From assembly GCA_048213135.1 (NCBI GenBank), contig PS015064.1, positions 1 through 64,000 on the forward strand: DNA of 64,000 bases, read 5' to 3'. Source of the DNA: Reclinomonas americana ATCC 50394 (Eukaryota). Below are positions 1-42,859 of the stretch, one piece after another. The notes under the pieces were generated by a model. That model saw nothing but the letters and a program-made list of their open reading frames with translations, searched no databases and was not told the origin of the DNA. A program made the translations under genes and the position numbers. Positions within the stretch are counted from its first letter, which is position 1; each line of letters begins with the position of its first letter.

Positions 1-1006
1 TCTCCTCCCACTCTGCTTCCCTCCTTTCTCTCATCCCTTCCCTCCGTGCTTCTCCTTCCTTCCCCTCCTTCTTCCTCACCTCCTTTCCTCCTCCGTCCTT
101 GTCTCCCTTCTCCTTTCCTTCCTCTCTGCTTCTCCCCTGCTTCCTTCTCTCCTTCCGTCCTTGTCTCCCTTCTCCTCTCTCCGCTCTCCTCCCTCTCTGC
201 TTCCCCTTTTCCTCTCCCATCTTCCTCACCTCCTTCCCCTCCTCCGTCCTTTTCTCCCTTCTCCTCTCTCNNNNNNNNNNNNNNNNNNNNNNNNNNNNNN
301 NNNNNNNNNNNNNNNNNNNNNNNNNNNNNNNNNNNNNNNNNNNNNNNNNNNNNNNNNNNNNNNNNNNNNNNNNNNNNNNNNNNNNNNNNNNNNNNNNNNN
401 NNNNNNNNNNNNNNNNNNNNNNNNNNNNNNNNNNNNNNNNNNNNNNNNNNNNNNNNNNNNNNNNNNNNNNNNNNNNNNNNNNNNNNNNNNNNNNNNNNNN
501 NNNNNNNNNNNNNNNNNNNNNNNNNNNNNNNNNNNNNNNNNNNNNNNNNNNNNNNNNNNNNNNNNNNNNNNNNNNNNNNNNNNNNNNNNNNNNNNNNNNN
601 NNNNNNNNNNNNNNNNNNNNNNNNNNNNNNNNNNNNNNNNNNNNNNNNNNNNNNNNNNNNNNNNNNNNNNNNNNNNNNNNNNNNNNNNNNNNNNNNNNNN
701 NNNNNNNNNNNNNNNNNNNNNNNNNNNNNNNNNNNNNNNNNNNNNNNNNNNNNNNNNNNNNNNNNNNNNNNNNNNNNNNNNNNNNNNNNNNNNNNNNNNN
801 NNNNNNNNNNNNNNNNNNNNNNNNNNNNNNNNNNNNNNNNNNNNNNNNNNNNNNNNNNNNNNNNNNNNNNNNNNNNNNNNNNNNNNNNNNNNNNNNNNNN
901 NNNNNNNNNNNNNNNNCGCAGGAAAACAGAGAAGAGACAGAAGGAAATAGGCATGAGAAGAGGTAAGGAGGGAGCAGAGAAGGAGAGAGGAAGGAGAGAA
1001 ACGCAC

Positions 1007-1286
1007 CAGGAGTGGCCGACTGCGCTCGGGACGTGTGCGACCGGCTGGGCGTGGCCGCCGTCTTGGTGTGTTCGGATTGTTTCCGGTCGTGATGTTCCCG
1101 CGAGGCGCCCGCACCGCCGCCAACATGACTCGACGATGAGGGACGTGCTGGTCGCTGAGACGTATCGGCATCTGTGCAGAGAGTGAGAGCTGTTAGAATT
1201 ACACGTCACGCACACTCCTTCGCTCTCTCTCTCTCTTTCTTCTCCCCGTCTCACTGACCTGCTTTCTCGGTGGTGTTGGACGACAT
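1007..1286 (-). CDS. 5' end (first two exons) of an unknown minus-strand gene, low-complexity N-terminus
   Basis: Exon 1 is 1286-1259 (MSSNTTEKA+G), followed by a GTCAGT donor, a CTAAC branch and a CACAG acceptor. Exon 2 is 1171-1007 (165 nt, phase 1-1, DADTSQRPARPSSSSHVGG...SATP), followed by a GTGCGT donor. The gene continues into the gap or off the window. Confidence 0.55.
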
Positions 1287-1534
1287 GGTGTGGTCACGAG
1301 AGGCCGCCGCGTCAGAGACAGAGAGGAGCGAGGGAGAGAGAAGGACGACTCTTCAACGCGTTCGAGCTCAAACGTTCGTTGTGCTGATGTGCTGGGTGTC
1401 ACCGTGGCACATCATCTCTGCATCGCTCTCCTCCACAAAAGAGGAAAGGCGCGCATCCTCGCAAAGCCGCGTACGTAGTGTGTGATAGAGGAGGTTTCCT
1501 GTCCCCGGCGGACACCATCCCGATTTCACCATCC

Positions 1535-3655
1535 ATGTCGCTCTGCGAAATCATCGCCGACCCCGCCAAGGACGACGACGCGGTGCTGCAGGAGTTGCAG
1601 GAATGGGTGCTGACGCATGGTGTTGAGGCACTCGAGCAGGAGTCGCCGAGCACACTGCACACGCCGGCGTATGCCGCCGCCCGCCGCGGCCTGCTGCGCT
1701 CGCTGGCCTATATCGCACAAAATGCACCTTCGCGAGGTCTCGTGTTGGAGACGCCTCCGCGGTATAGCCAGTGGACGCCGGCGCATATTGCGTGTGATGC
1801 GGGTCACGTGGCGGTGGTGCAGTACTGTGTGGAGCATGCGCCGAGTGCGGCGCAGGTGTTGGAGCGCGCGAACGACGACGGGCGCACCTTGGCGTTGCTT
1901 GCCGCCAACAGCGGGAGTCTAGAGATGCTGCGCTATGTGGCCACACACGCGCCGAGTGGGGCGCGTGTGTTGGAAATGGGAAACCGACAGACGTGCGCGT
2001 GGCCGGCCACACCGTCCATGATTGCGGCCGCACGAGGCGATGTGGCCATGCTGGAGTACATTGTGTCGCACGCACCTAGCGGAGCTGCGACGCTGGAGCG
2101 TGTGGATTCGAACGGGTACACGGCGGCGGAGCACGCTTGTCGACAGGGCAAGTTGGAGGCGCTGGCCTTTATCGTTGAGCACGCACCGAGCCACGGTCAG
2201 CTGCTCGTCCAGCGCAACAGGAACGACAGCAGCATTCTCGTGCAGTGCGCCACCGTGCCGGTGCTGCAATTCGTTGTGCAGCGCGTGCACGATGGCGCGC
2301 GAATGCTCGAGTTGCCGTGCATGGCGGACGAGTGGACTTTGGCGCTGTACTTGGCTCGGCAGGGCCAGCTGGAGGAGCTGCAGTATGTGGTGGCGGCGGC
2401 ACCGAGTGGCACCCTGGTGCTGGAGGCGGTCGGCAGCAGCGGCTTCACGACGGCACTCGGTGCATGCCAGATCGGCCACCTGCCTCTGCTGCGCTACATT
2501 GTGGCGACGGCGCCGAGCGGCAGCCGTCTGCTGGAGTGTGCCGAGACGAAGAACGGCAACACCCCGGCACACCTGGCGGCCCGGTCCACCCATCATGACG
2601 TGAGCGCGGATGGAGTCTACGACCAGCTGGGTCAGCTCGACTTCATCGCGCAGGTGGCGCCCAGCGGTTGGCGAACGCTGCTGGTGCCCAATCGACAACA
2701 GCGCACGCCAGTGCAGGAACTGGTCAGCAGCATGCATGTGGCGCACCTGGCGGCGCGTATCCCGGCGTTTCTGCGGCGGCACTTGCCGGTCGCCAGAGTG
2801 CTGCTTCGCCACCTCGACTCCCTCATCGGCGACCTGAAGGAGCAGCAGTTCGACGACCTGGTCGAGGAGTACGGTNNNNNNNNNNNNNNNNNNNNNNNNN
2901 NNNNNNNNNNNNNNNNNNNNNNNNNNNNNNNNNNNNNNNNNNNNNNNNNNNNNNNNNNNNNNNNNNNNNNNNNNNNNNNNNNNNNNNNNNNNNNNNNNNN
3001 NNNNNNNNNNNNNNNNNNNNNNNNNNNNNNNNNNNNNNNNNNNNNNNNNNNNNNNNNNNNNNNNNNNNNNNNNNNNNNNNNNNNNNNNNNNNNNNNNNNN
3101 NNNNNNNNNNNNNNNNNNNNNNNNNNNNNNNNNNNNNNNNNNNNNNNNNNNNNNNNNNNNNNNNNNNNNNNNNNNNNNNNNNNNNNNNNNNNNNNNNNNN
3201 NNNNNNNNNNNNNNNNNNNNNNNNNNNNNNNNNNNNNNNNNNNNNNNNNNNNNNNNNNNNNNNNNNNNNNNNNNNNNNNNNNNNNNNNNNNNNNNNNNNN
3301 NNNNNNNNNNNNNNNNNNNNCCGCCGGCCACCTCGATCTCCGGCTTTGGTAGCACGCCCTCGATCGCCGCCTGTGCCAACACTCGCGCCAAGGCCAGCTC
3401 GTACGCGCACGCCGCATGCGCCGTCTCGTGTGCCACCATCGACATGGCCAACGCCGGCAGCGACGTCGGCTCATTCACGGCAGCCGCCGCCGCCGCCGCT
3501 GCCGCCTCACTCGCCTCGGCGACGCACAGCTCGCGCACCAGCGCCTCACGACTGGCNNNNNNNNNNNNNNNNNNNNCGGCGGCGACGGCGGCGATGGTGG
3601 TGGCGATGATGGTGACGGGTATGATAGTGAGCCGGAAGTTGGTATGGAGTGGTAG
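1535..3655 (+). CDS. Ankyrin-repeat protein (~40-aa repeats with a recurring APSG linker), apparently intronless
   Basis: ORF from ATG 1535 with ankyrin motifs TPAYAAARRG, TPAHIACDAG, TLALLAANSG, TAAEHACRQG and TPAHLAAR. After the gap, the reverse complement of contig 3321-3556 joins in frame (EEYG|ASREALVREL...EIEVAG|GGGDGG...GMEW*), with the stop ending at 3655. Confidence 0.8.
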
Positions 3656-4540
3656 AGGAGGAGGAGGAGGAGGAATAGGAGGAGGAGAATGAGGAGGATC
3701 CACGCTGCGTGGTGGAGATTGCGTTTAGGTGTTTTATCGTCGAGGAGGCGGAGGCTGATTGCTTTTACTCGTCAAGCGTATGGTGGTAGTGGAGATTGTC
3801 GTAGCACAGTACGTGCTCTCTTTCTCTCTCAAGTCTGCATTTGCTTCTTTTGCCGAAGCGGCGTCTCTCAGTGTGAATGGCGTTGTCGATGTTTCTGTGC
3901 AGTATGCACCAATGGGAGAACAAAAACAACTACAGTTGTTCAACTGTACTAACCCAAGCAGCAACATGTACGCAGCTGCACGATGATCACCATCTTGAGT
4001 GAGCACCTCACCGAAACGGCGAGAAACAACAACAATTCATTCACCAACAAACAAGCAACAGCTGTCTGGATGACCAAGTCCAACCATATACACAAACATC
4101 AATACAAACACCAATCTTGAGGCAGCAGCAGGTTCCTTGTGTGTGTGTGTTCGCTCTCGGAGCTCCGAACAAGTCGAGAACTGCGATCTTCACCGCATAT
4201 GCGCACTTGCGTAGACGGATAGCGTTTTCTGCGATCGTACACGGCACATCGAATTCGGGAAAAGGCCATAAGCCAGGCAAACAAAGCAAAATGCCGCAAG
4301 GCAAAGCATTGTCGGCGTTGTTGTTCGAATTCATTTTGTAGAGGCAAGAGCTTGCTTCACGTAAACAGTCTCGATAGTGAAGGTGCATGCACAGTCCACT
4401 GCTTGTTAGACAGGGAACCCTTCGCGGGCAGTGCGGTCGACTTGCACAGCCTCCGAATTTCAGTTTTCGCAATCAATCCATTCCGGTGAACCGAAAAACT
4501 AGACACGAAAGGATTATTGGGCCAAGCGCACACGCACGCA

Positions 4541-34945
<30,405 letters not shown>

Positions 34946-35149
34946 TGTGAGCGTTTGGGAGAGTGAAGCAAGATGATGTGACGAGAGATGCCGTTGCTTC
35001 ACTCTTCATTGATGCAGAGCATCGATAAGCGAGGGTGTTTACAGCTCAGAGAGAGACACAGATTGCACGCACACAAAGAGATCAAGGGTTGAGGGTGGAG
35101 GAGAGACACTGATCACACGCACACACCGATCAGGGGTTGAGGGTTGAGG

Positions 35150-35450
35150 AGAGAAGAATCTCGACTTGCCACATCCAGGAGCCGCCACAACAACTGCCAC
35201 GTGAGCGCACTGCTTGTCATGCATCCTCCACCACCCGCCTCGGTGGGCTGGAAAATCGCCTGCCCGAACGCTTCCGCGTCTGTTGCCAAAGACTGCTACC
35301 GACAATCCCACTCACGACTGCACAAAGTGGCGTGATGCGTCACGCACAGCGGCAGCCGTTTCGACAGGCACGCTCGCGGACGGTCCGCCGAACAGGAGGC
35401 GACGGCGGCGATCGTCGGCAGGAAGCAGCATGTTTTCCGGTACGCTCGAC
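35150..35450 (-). pseudogene. Relic fragment of a P-loop NTPase (Crinkler/STAND-like N-terminal part)
   Basis: The minus strand reads ...HDKQCAHVAVVVAAPGCGKSRFF (Walker A at 35185-35162), preceded by a frameshifted HFV..SRE segment with stops. There is no Walker B or continuation. Confidence 0.4.
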
Positions 35451-36312
35451 AGAGAAAGGGAAAGGGGAGGGAGGGAAGGGGGACGATGGAAGGAGTGAAG
35501 GGGGAATGGAAATGTTTCGTCGCACCTTGGTGTCTGTATTCTTCTGCTTACTGTTACTCAAGTTGTGTCTGCGTAAGTGTGCTGAGGCTCCCAAGTCGAC
35601 TGCCAGCCTCGGTTCGGCCGACGGTTTGACTCTCAACACGCTGGCGACTGTGCGGCTTCTTGGTCGCTTCGCATGTTTGTGTGCCAGCGTAAGGAGCAGG
35701 ATGAGCGGAGAGGCGAGTGAGAGAGAAAGAATGCGAGGAGGATGGGCGTGTAAAGCAAGCTGGTTCAAACAACGGGGTACATACATTGCGAGCTCAATGG
35801 AGGAAGGACAGGGAGGGAAAGAGGGAATGGGGAGGGATTCACACCACGGATGCGATTGCACAAGGCACACAGACAAACACGCACGGGAGATGAAGAGGGA
35901 AGAGAGAGCGAGAGAAGAGAAGAGAGACAATGTGAAACGGATGAGGATGTTGATCAATCATGTTACACATGCGGTGCACTCACACGAATCAATAACACGC
36001 ACGCATGCACGCGTGAGACGATCCTTACTCGGAAAAGGGAGAAGAGAGAAAGAGAGAGAAAAGAGCGCGAGACTGTGACGCATGGGCGCGAAATTCAATC
36101 ACAACGAGAATGCGGCACAGACAGGCAAATCAACGAGACGAGCACGCACACATGCCCACGTGCAACAATGTTCACTCGGAGGGAAAAGAAGAGAAGAGAG
36201 AGAAGGGGGGTGGAGAGAAGGAATCATTTCTGCGATCCGTGCACACACTGCAAGAAGAATTCACTCTCTCTCTCTATCTTCTCTCTCTCTCTCTCTCGCT
36301 CACTCGCCCTCC

Positions 36313-36345
<33 letters not shown>

Positions 36346-36648
36346 GCACACACCTTTCATGCAACAACGAATCGAACACGAGTCCTTTTCGCCCCCTGCG
36401 TTCCTCTTTCACTCACACCCCGCACTCTCTTCCTCGCTCATTCACGACACGTGGCACAGCAGGTGACCATCAAACACTGGCGTGCTGCAGAACGAAAGAA
36501 AGATACGTCGGATGTCCTGCATGACATTGATCTCACGCATAGCACAACGCAAAACGCCACGAGGATAAGCCAACTGTGTGTGAGACGTGTGTGCAACAAG
36601 GTGCATCGTGCGGAAGAGCGAGAAAAAACAAAGAACTGCGACGAGAAG

Positions 36649-39600
36649 ATGTCGGTGAGTTGCATTGATGGAGTGGGGGACGCTTGTTGTTCGCATGCTT
36701 CTCCCTCTCCTCTCATCGCTTGTCACTTGCTGCCTTGTGTGTGTCGCAGTTCTCTGTTCACGTGAGCGCGGCGCATGATTCATCGCTGTCGGTGGTGGTG
36801 GCGGGCATGTCGGTCATGTCCACTCTCGAGGACTTGCTGCGTGAGGCCACCCGCTTGATGCGTGAGAAGAGTGGGGATGGAGTGATGGAGATTGCGGGGG
36901 TGGAGAAACCAGCGCCGTACAACATTGTCGGCCTCGCCGCTGTTAAGATTGGAGATCTCGGCATCAACTCATCCACTCATCTCGTCATCCGTCTGAACCT
37001 TCGCGTGGCGCCACAGGCGAGTGGAGGACGCGGGAGTGGAAGCGAGAGGTGCGTTGCTGGATGTGTTTTAGAATCATATCTTTTGTGTCATACAGCTCGC
37101 TTATGTTCTAGATCTTCTTCACACAGCAACTCGGAGCGAGTGACTCGGTTTGTTTTGCTTCTCTTCGGCACCTTTCTCTCTCGCCTTCTTGTTCTTCTCT
37201 CGATGCGAGTGTGTGCTGACTATGTCTGTGTGCGCACGCAGCATGATCAACTCCCAGCGCATCAACATGGCCTTTGAGGTGATGGAGGAGGCCGTGCGTC
37301 TGCGCTGTCAACGCGCACTGGCGCAGTTCAGTCGCGATCATGCCGACTTTGATGTGCGTGCGTGGGTGCCGAGTTTCACGCCTACTGGTATGGATACGGT
37401 GGCAGTGAAGGCATGGCGTGAGCGACATGCTCCACTTCATACAGTGCGAGTTGCGCTTTTCAAGGAGAAACAGCCGGTGGTATTGGCCTGGCGTGCTGCA
37501 TTCGACGCCGACTCCTCGTCCGACCCTCCGTGTGATGGTTTCGACACGACGGCACTCGCCTCAATTGTGCTGTACTGTGGCTTCATTCAGGATGACGGTC
37601 ACAAGCTTATGCTGATTGACAATGTTGATGAACGGAAGGCAGTCGAGGAGCTGCACGGTGTCAGGAACAAGCTGAGACACGACGAGTTGCCATTGACGGG
37701 TGCCACTGTGCAGCAGTACCTTGGTGACGGTGGTGTCTTTCTCTCCATCCTCTCTCGACTACAGTTGACGGCTGAAGCGAGAGCTGAATACTCTGCTCGT
37801 ATCTGTGAGGCACGCCACGCTCGACTCATCGTGGACACATTCGAGGAGCGACTGCATCGACTGGCTGTGCGTGAGCTCTCATTCTACCAACACGACGAGA
37901 GTATACGCAAGGACACGCAGATGTATGTGCCACTGCTGTGCTCACGCGAACGTGAAGTCTCATCGAGTGACAAGATGACAGATTTGTTGACGGAGGTGGA
38001 TGCTTTCCTCTCTGACGCCAACACCACCCAGCGTGTGTTGGTGCTGTTCGGCAACAGCGGCGCCGGCAAGACTACCACCATGTCAATACTCGCTGAGCGA
38101 GCATGGCAACAGTGGCAGATGAGAGAGAGCAGACGAGTACCTGTGCGTGTGCCTCTTGGTGCTCTGCGCAATGCTGATGAGAGACTGTTGGAGGAGGCAT
38201 TGGAGCGACTGTCACCCGAGTTGGGATTGGATTCGGATGTGCGACGGTTGAAGGAGGAACCACTGTTGTTGTTGCTTGACGGGTACGACGAGTTGTACCG
38301 TGGTGTGAATCTGTTTGTCAAGAACCAGCTGGATGTGTGTCGTGATGTGAAGGTGATTATCACTTGTCGTGGCGATTACGCTCTGACGGTTCTGGGTGGA
38401 GTGACGCAGTATCAACGGTACTTTGCACCGGTGGATGCACGTGGACAGTTGTGCATGCAGCAGCTGATGGAGAGACACATTGCGCCGTTCAACAAGGAGC
38501 AGATTGAGAAGTACTTTAGGCGACTGGTGCAAGTGGGTGGTGATGACGGTGAAGTGCGATGGTCGACTACAGAAGACTACATTGGCGCACTGAAGAGTGT
38601 ACATGGACTGGATGCACTGGTGTCGAATCCATTCCTACTGGCAGTGGTGGCTCGTGTGTTGCCGGAGTTGGTGGCGAGTGGCGTGCAACGACCGACTCGA
38701 CGCGATGTGTTCGATCGATTCATTCGACAGTGGATTGTGAGGGAGCAGGAGAGGCAGACGCGTCTTGGTGCGGAGCGTGTGCCGAGTGAAGAGACGTGTC
38801 TCTCGTTCTGTGAGGGACTGGCACGGTTGATGCACGAGAGGAACGTGGTGCGTGTGTCTGTGATAGAGAACCGACCAAGTGAGGTTGATTTTGGTGGTGC
38901 GCCACTCGCCTTGCGACGAGTGGAAGAAGGACCGTTTGACAGGTTCCTCGGTCACAGGAACCAGCATGTGCGAGTGTGCTGTCCGATTGTGCGACGGTAT
39001 GGGACGACGCAGTGGGGATTCGTGCATCTGTCTTTGTTGGAGCATTGTGTGGCACGGCATGTATTTGCATGGGAGACGTGGGGCGAGGAGGGGAAATTGA
39101 CGGTGCAAGATGTGCAGCAGCATGTGTTGGGAGTGCGACTGCTGAATGATCGACCATCGTTGGTGGAGCAGATTGCCGAGGTGGTGCGACGGTCTCCTCG
39201 ATTGCAAGCGAGGCTGTGGGAAGTGATTGTGATGTCGAGGGAGGTGGATGAGGAGCAAGTGGTGACGGCCGCAGCGAATGCAGCGACGGTGCTGTGTGTG
39301 GCACAAGTATCGTTCAGCGGACGGGATCTGTCGGGTGTGCGAGTAAGGGGTGCTGATTTGAGGGATGCGGTGATGCACAGAACGGTGTGGAGCGGAGCGG
39401 ATCTAAGAAGGGTGAACGTGTGCATGGCGTTTGCGAGAGAGGCGGATTTCAGGGGAGCGGATGTCACGGGAGTGAGGTGGCCGAGGAAACCAATTGAAGG
39501 CCACACAGATTGGGTGTATGCAGTGGCAGTGACACCCAACGGCCAGCACATTGTGAGTGGCGGTAAGGACGAGACTGTACGGGTGTGGTCAGTGGCAACT

Positions 39601-41409
39601 GGCGAGGAGGTGCGCCGACTGGAAGGGCACGCAGGTAGGGTACTTGCAGTGACAGTGACACCAGATGGCCACCACGTCGTGAGTGGCAGTGGTGATCGGA
39701 CTGTGCGGGTATGGTCACTTGCAAGTCACGAGGAGGTGCGCCGACTGGAAGGCCACACAGAGTCGGTGAATGCTGTGGCAGTGACACCCGATGGCCATCA
39801 CATTGTGAGTGGCAGTGATGACAAGACTATACGAGTGTGGTCTGTGGCAAGTGGCGAGGAGGTGCGCCGACTGGAAGGTCACACGGATAGGGTGAATGCA
39901 GTGGCAGTGACACCCGATGGCCAGCACGTTGTAAGTAGCAGTGATGACAATACTGTACGGGTGTGGTCGGTGGCAAGTGGCGAGGAGGTGCGCCGATTGG
40001 AAGGCCACACAGATAGGGTGAATGCAGTGGCAGTGACACCCGATGGGCAGCACATTATGAGTGGCAGTGATGACAAGACTGTACGAGTGTGGTCTGTGAC
40101 AAGTGGCGAGGAGGTGCGCCGACTGGAAGGCCACACTGATCATGTTCGGGCAGTGGCCGTCGCACCCGATGGCCAGCACATCGTGAGTAGCAGTGATGAC
40201 AGGACTATACGAATGTGGTCGCTGACAAGTGGCGAGGAGGTGCGCCGACTGGAGGGCCACACGGATACAGTGTTTGCAGTGGCAGTGACACCTGATTGCC
40301 AGCTCATTGTGAGTGGCGGTGAGGACAAGACTGTGCGAGTGTGGTCGGTGGCAAGTGGCGAGGAAGTGCGCCAACTGGCAGGTCACACGATGTCGGTGTC
40401 TGCAGTTGCAGTGACACCTGACGGTCACCATATTGTGAGTGGCAGTGAGGACAAGACTGTACGGGTAAGGTCGGTGACAAGTGGTGAGGAGGTGCGTCGA
40501 CTTTTTGGCCACTGGGGGGAGGTGTATGCAGTGGCAGTGACACCCGATGGCCAGCTCGTTGTGAGTGGCAGTTGGGACGGAACTGTGCGAGTGTGGTCGG
40601 TGGCCAGTGGCAACGAGGTTCGCCAACTGGAAGGCCACACTCGTGAGGTGAACGCAGTGGCAGTGACACCCGATGGCCAGCTCGTTGTGAGTGGCAGTGG
40701 GGACGGAACTGTACGAGTGTGGTCGGTGGCAAATGGCGAGGAGGTGCGCAGACTGGAAGGCCACATTGGTTTGGTGCTTGCAGTGGCAGTGACACGCGAT
40801 GGCCAGCACATTGTGAGTGGCAGTGATGACAAGACTGTACGGGTGTGGTCGGTGACAGGTGGCGAGGAGGTGCGCCGACTGGAAGGCCACACGAGTTTGG
40901 TGTGGGCAGTGGCAGTGACCCCCGATGGGCAGCACGTTGTGAGTGGCAGTTGGGACTGGACTGTACGGGTGTGGTCAGTGGCAAGTGGCGAGGAGGTGCG
41001 CCGACTTCAAGGCCACGCGAGTTGGGTGCATGCAGTGGCAGTGACACCCGATGGCCAGCACGTTGTGAGTGGCAGTGCAGACAATACTGTGCGGGTGTGG
41101 TCGGTGGCAAGTGGCGAGGAGGTGTGCCGACTGGAAGGCCATACGAGTACGGTACTTGCAGTGGCAGTGTCACCCAATGGCCAGTACATTGTGAGCGGCA
41201 GTCGTGACAAGACTGTACGGGTGTGGTCGGTGTCGAGTGGCGTGGAGGTGCGCCGCCTGGAAGGCCGCACGGACGGGGTGTGTACAGAGGTAGATGGACA
41301 GCGTGTTCTTCCAAGTTGGAAGGACACACCACTTGCACACCACATTGGAGAGCTACTCCTGCGCATTCTCGGCTCCTTCCTGCCTGATTTCACCGGCGTG
41401 ATTTTGTGA
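36649..41409 (+). CDS. NLR-like STAND protein: ubiquitin-like - HEPN - NACHT - pentapeptide repeat - 14x WD40
   Basis: Exons 36649-36654 (MS), 36750-37048, 37112-37147 and 37242-41409 join in frame. UBL-like MSFSVHV...STLEDLL...KIGDLGINSSTHLVIRLNLR; HEPN-like FDTTAL and RNKLRH (37663-37680); Walker A GNSGAGKT (38050-38073); Walker B LLLLLDGYDE (38263-38292); VIITCR sensor; NPFLL; AAANAATVL plus pentapeptides (~39270-39475); 14 GH...VW repeats of 42 aa (~39495-41230). Confidence 0.9.
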
Positions 41410-42859
41410 CAAGACAAACGGGAGCTCGTGTAGCAACCCTTACATGTCTGCCGACTTACGGATTATGCAGGCACGCGTGGACCCCTAGCCTGTCGTGCAT
41501 GCAATATGCGCCAAGCCGAACTAGGTGCTCGGCGTTAACAATGTGCAAAATGACCTCAGCGATCGGACGAATCACAGTATTGGTTGTTTGTCGTCGCCGC
41601 TGGCTGCATCTATTTCTGATGCAGATGATCTTTGGTCCAGCTGCACCCCGGTCAAGGGTTTCGTGTGGTATTCTTCATGGCGAAGAGATGCCCTCAGTAA
41701 CCTGAGATATTCGTCGAGAGTACGCTTGTCGAGTTCCTGAAGTACATGTACTCCGTTGTTGGCTGGTGAGGGATGTATATTCGATGCAAGAGATGTCGCT
41801 GTACTCTAACGAGTTCACCTGCGCAGCGGATAGCGAAGATCACATACTCCGCCCGCAGCATCTCCATACAGCACCTGTCCACCACTCGGCGCACCTACTT
41901 GTTCTCCATGCCCATCTTCTTGAGCGACGTCCGGTGTGCACATGGGAAAAGGGAAGGGAGGGGGGGAAGGAAGGGATAAGTGGAGAAGGAGGAGATGGGA
42001 GGGGAGGAAAAGGGAATGGAGACGGGAGGAGAAGAGAAGGAGGAGACGGGAGGAGACGGGAGGAGAAGAGAGAAGAAGAGAAGGAGGAGAAGTGAAGAGA
42101 GGAGACGGGAGGGGAAGGGAGGAAAAGAGAGAAGAAGAGAAGGAGGAGAAGGGAAGAGAGGGGAAGGGAAGGGAGGAGAGGAGAAGGGAAGAGAGGAGAA
42201 GGGAAGGGAGGAGAGGAGAAGGGAAGAGAGGAGAAGGGAAGAGAAGAGGAAGAGAGGACAAGGAGGAGACGGGAGGAGAAGAGAGAAGAAGAAGGGAAGA
42301 AAGGAGGAGAGAAGGAGGAGAAGTGATAGAGGATTGGAGGAGAATGTTTGAGAGGGGGGATGAGAGGAAAGATGAGAGGAGATAAAGGAATGTAAGAGAA
42401 AGGAGAGGGAAAGAACGGAGAGAAGAGAGGAAGTGAGAGGTGAGAAGGAGAGAATAGAAACTGGGACCAATCAGAATGTGCGGTTGTTTCCGTGTGCGAG
42501 AGCTTGTGCAGTGTGACTGTGTGTGTATATGTGAGTTTGTGAGCGAGGACGGGAGAGTGAGACCTGCTCAGCTGGCAGGGATGAAAAGGATGTGAAGGGA
42601 GGAGGAATGGGGAAGCAGCAGTGAACAGAATGAGTGAGTTGTGAGATGCGTTATGTGGTCAGAGAGACACTGTGGATGAAAACATGTACGTTGAGCGAGA
42701 TGCATGAGATTACGTTGAATAGAGCCCCGTATTGCAGAGGACAGCTGATGGACTTTGTAGACTGGAGACATTTATGTCGACTGAATGAGCATTTCTGGAC
42801 GTCGGTAGTGGTTTCTTTGCGTCAAAAGCATGTTTTCCTTTCTCTAACTCTCTGCGAAA

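Noticed and set aside
3321-3556. Apparent separate minus-strand gene fragment (ASREALVREL...)
   Set aside because: Gap-flanked; when flipped it completes the ankyrin ORF in frame. Assembly mis-orientation.
39495-41270. Diversity-generating retroelement or CRISPR-like interpretation of the 126-nt repeats
   Set aside because: The repeats are in-frame coding units, the changes are not adenine-specific, and no reverse transcriptase, template repeat or cas gene is present.
41410-41940. Possible small gene downstream of the NLR
   Set aside because: Only short ORFs with stops on both strands; no recognisable motif or consistent splice model.
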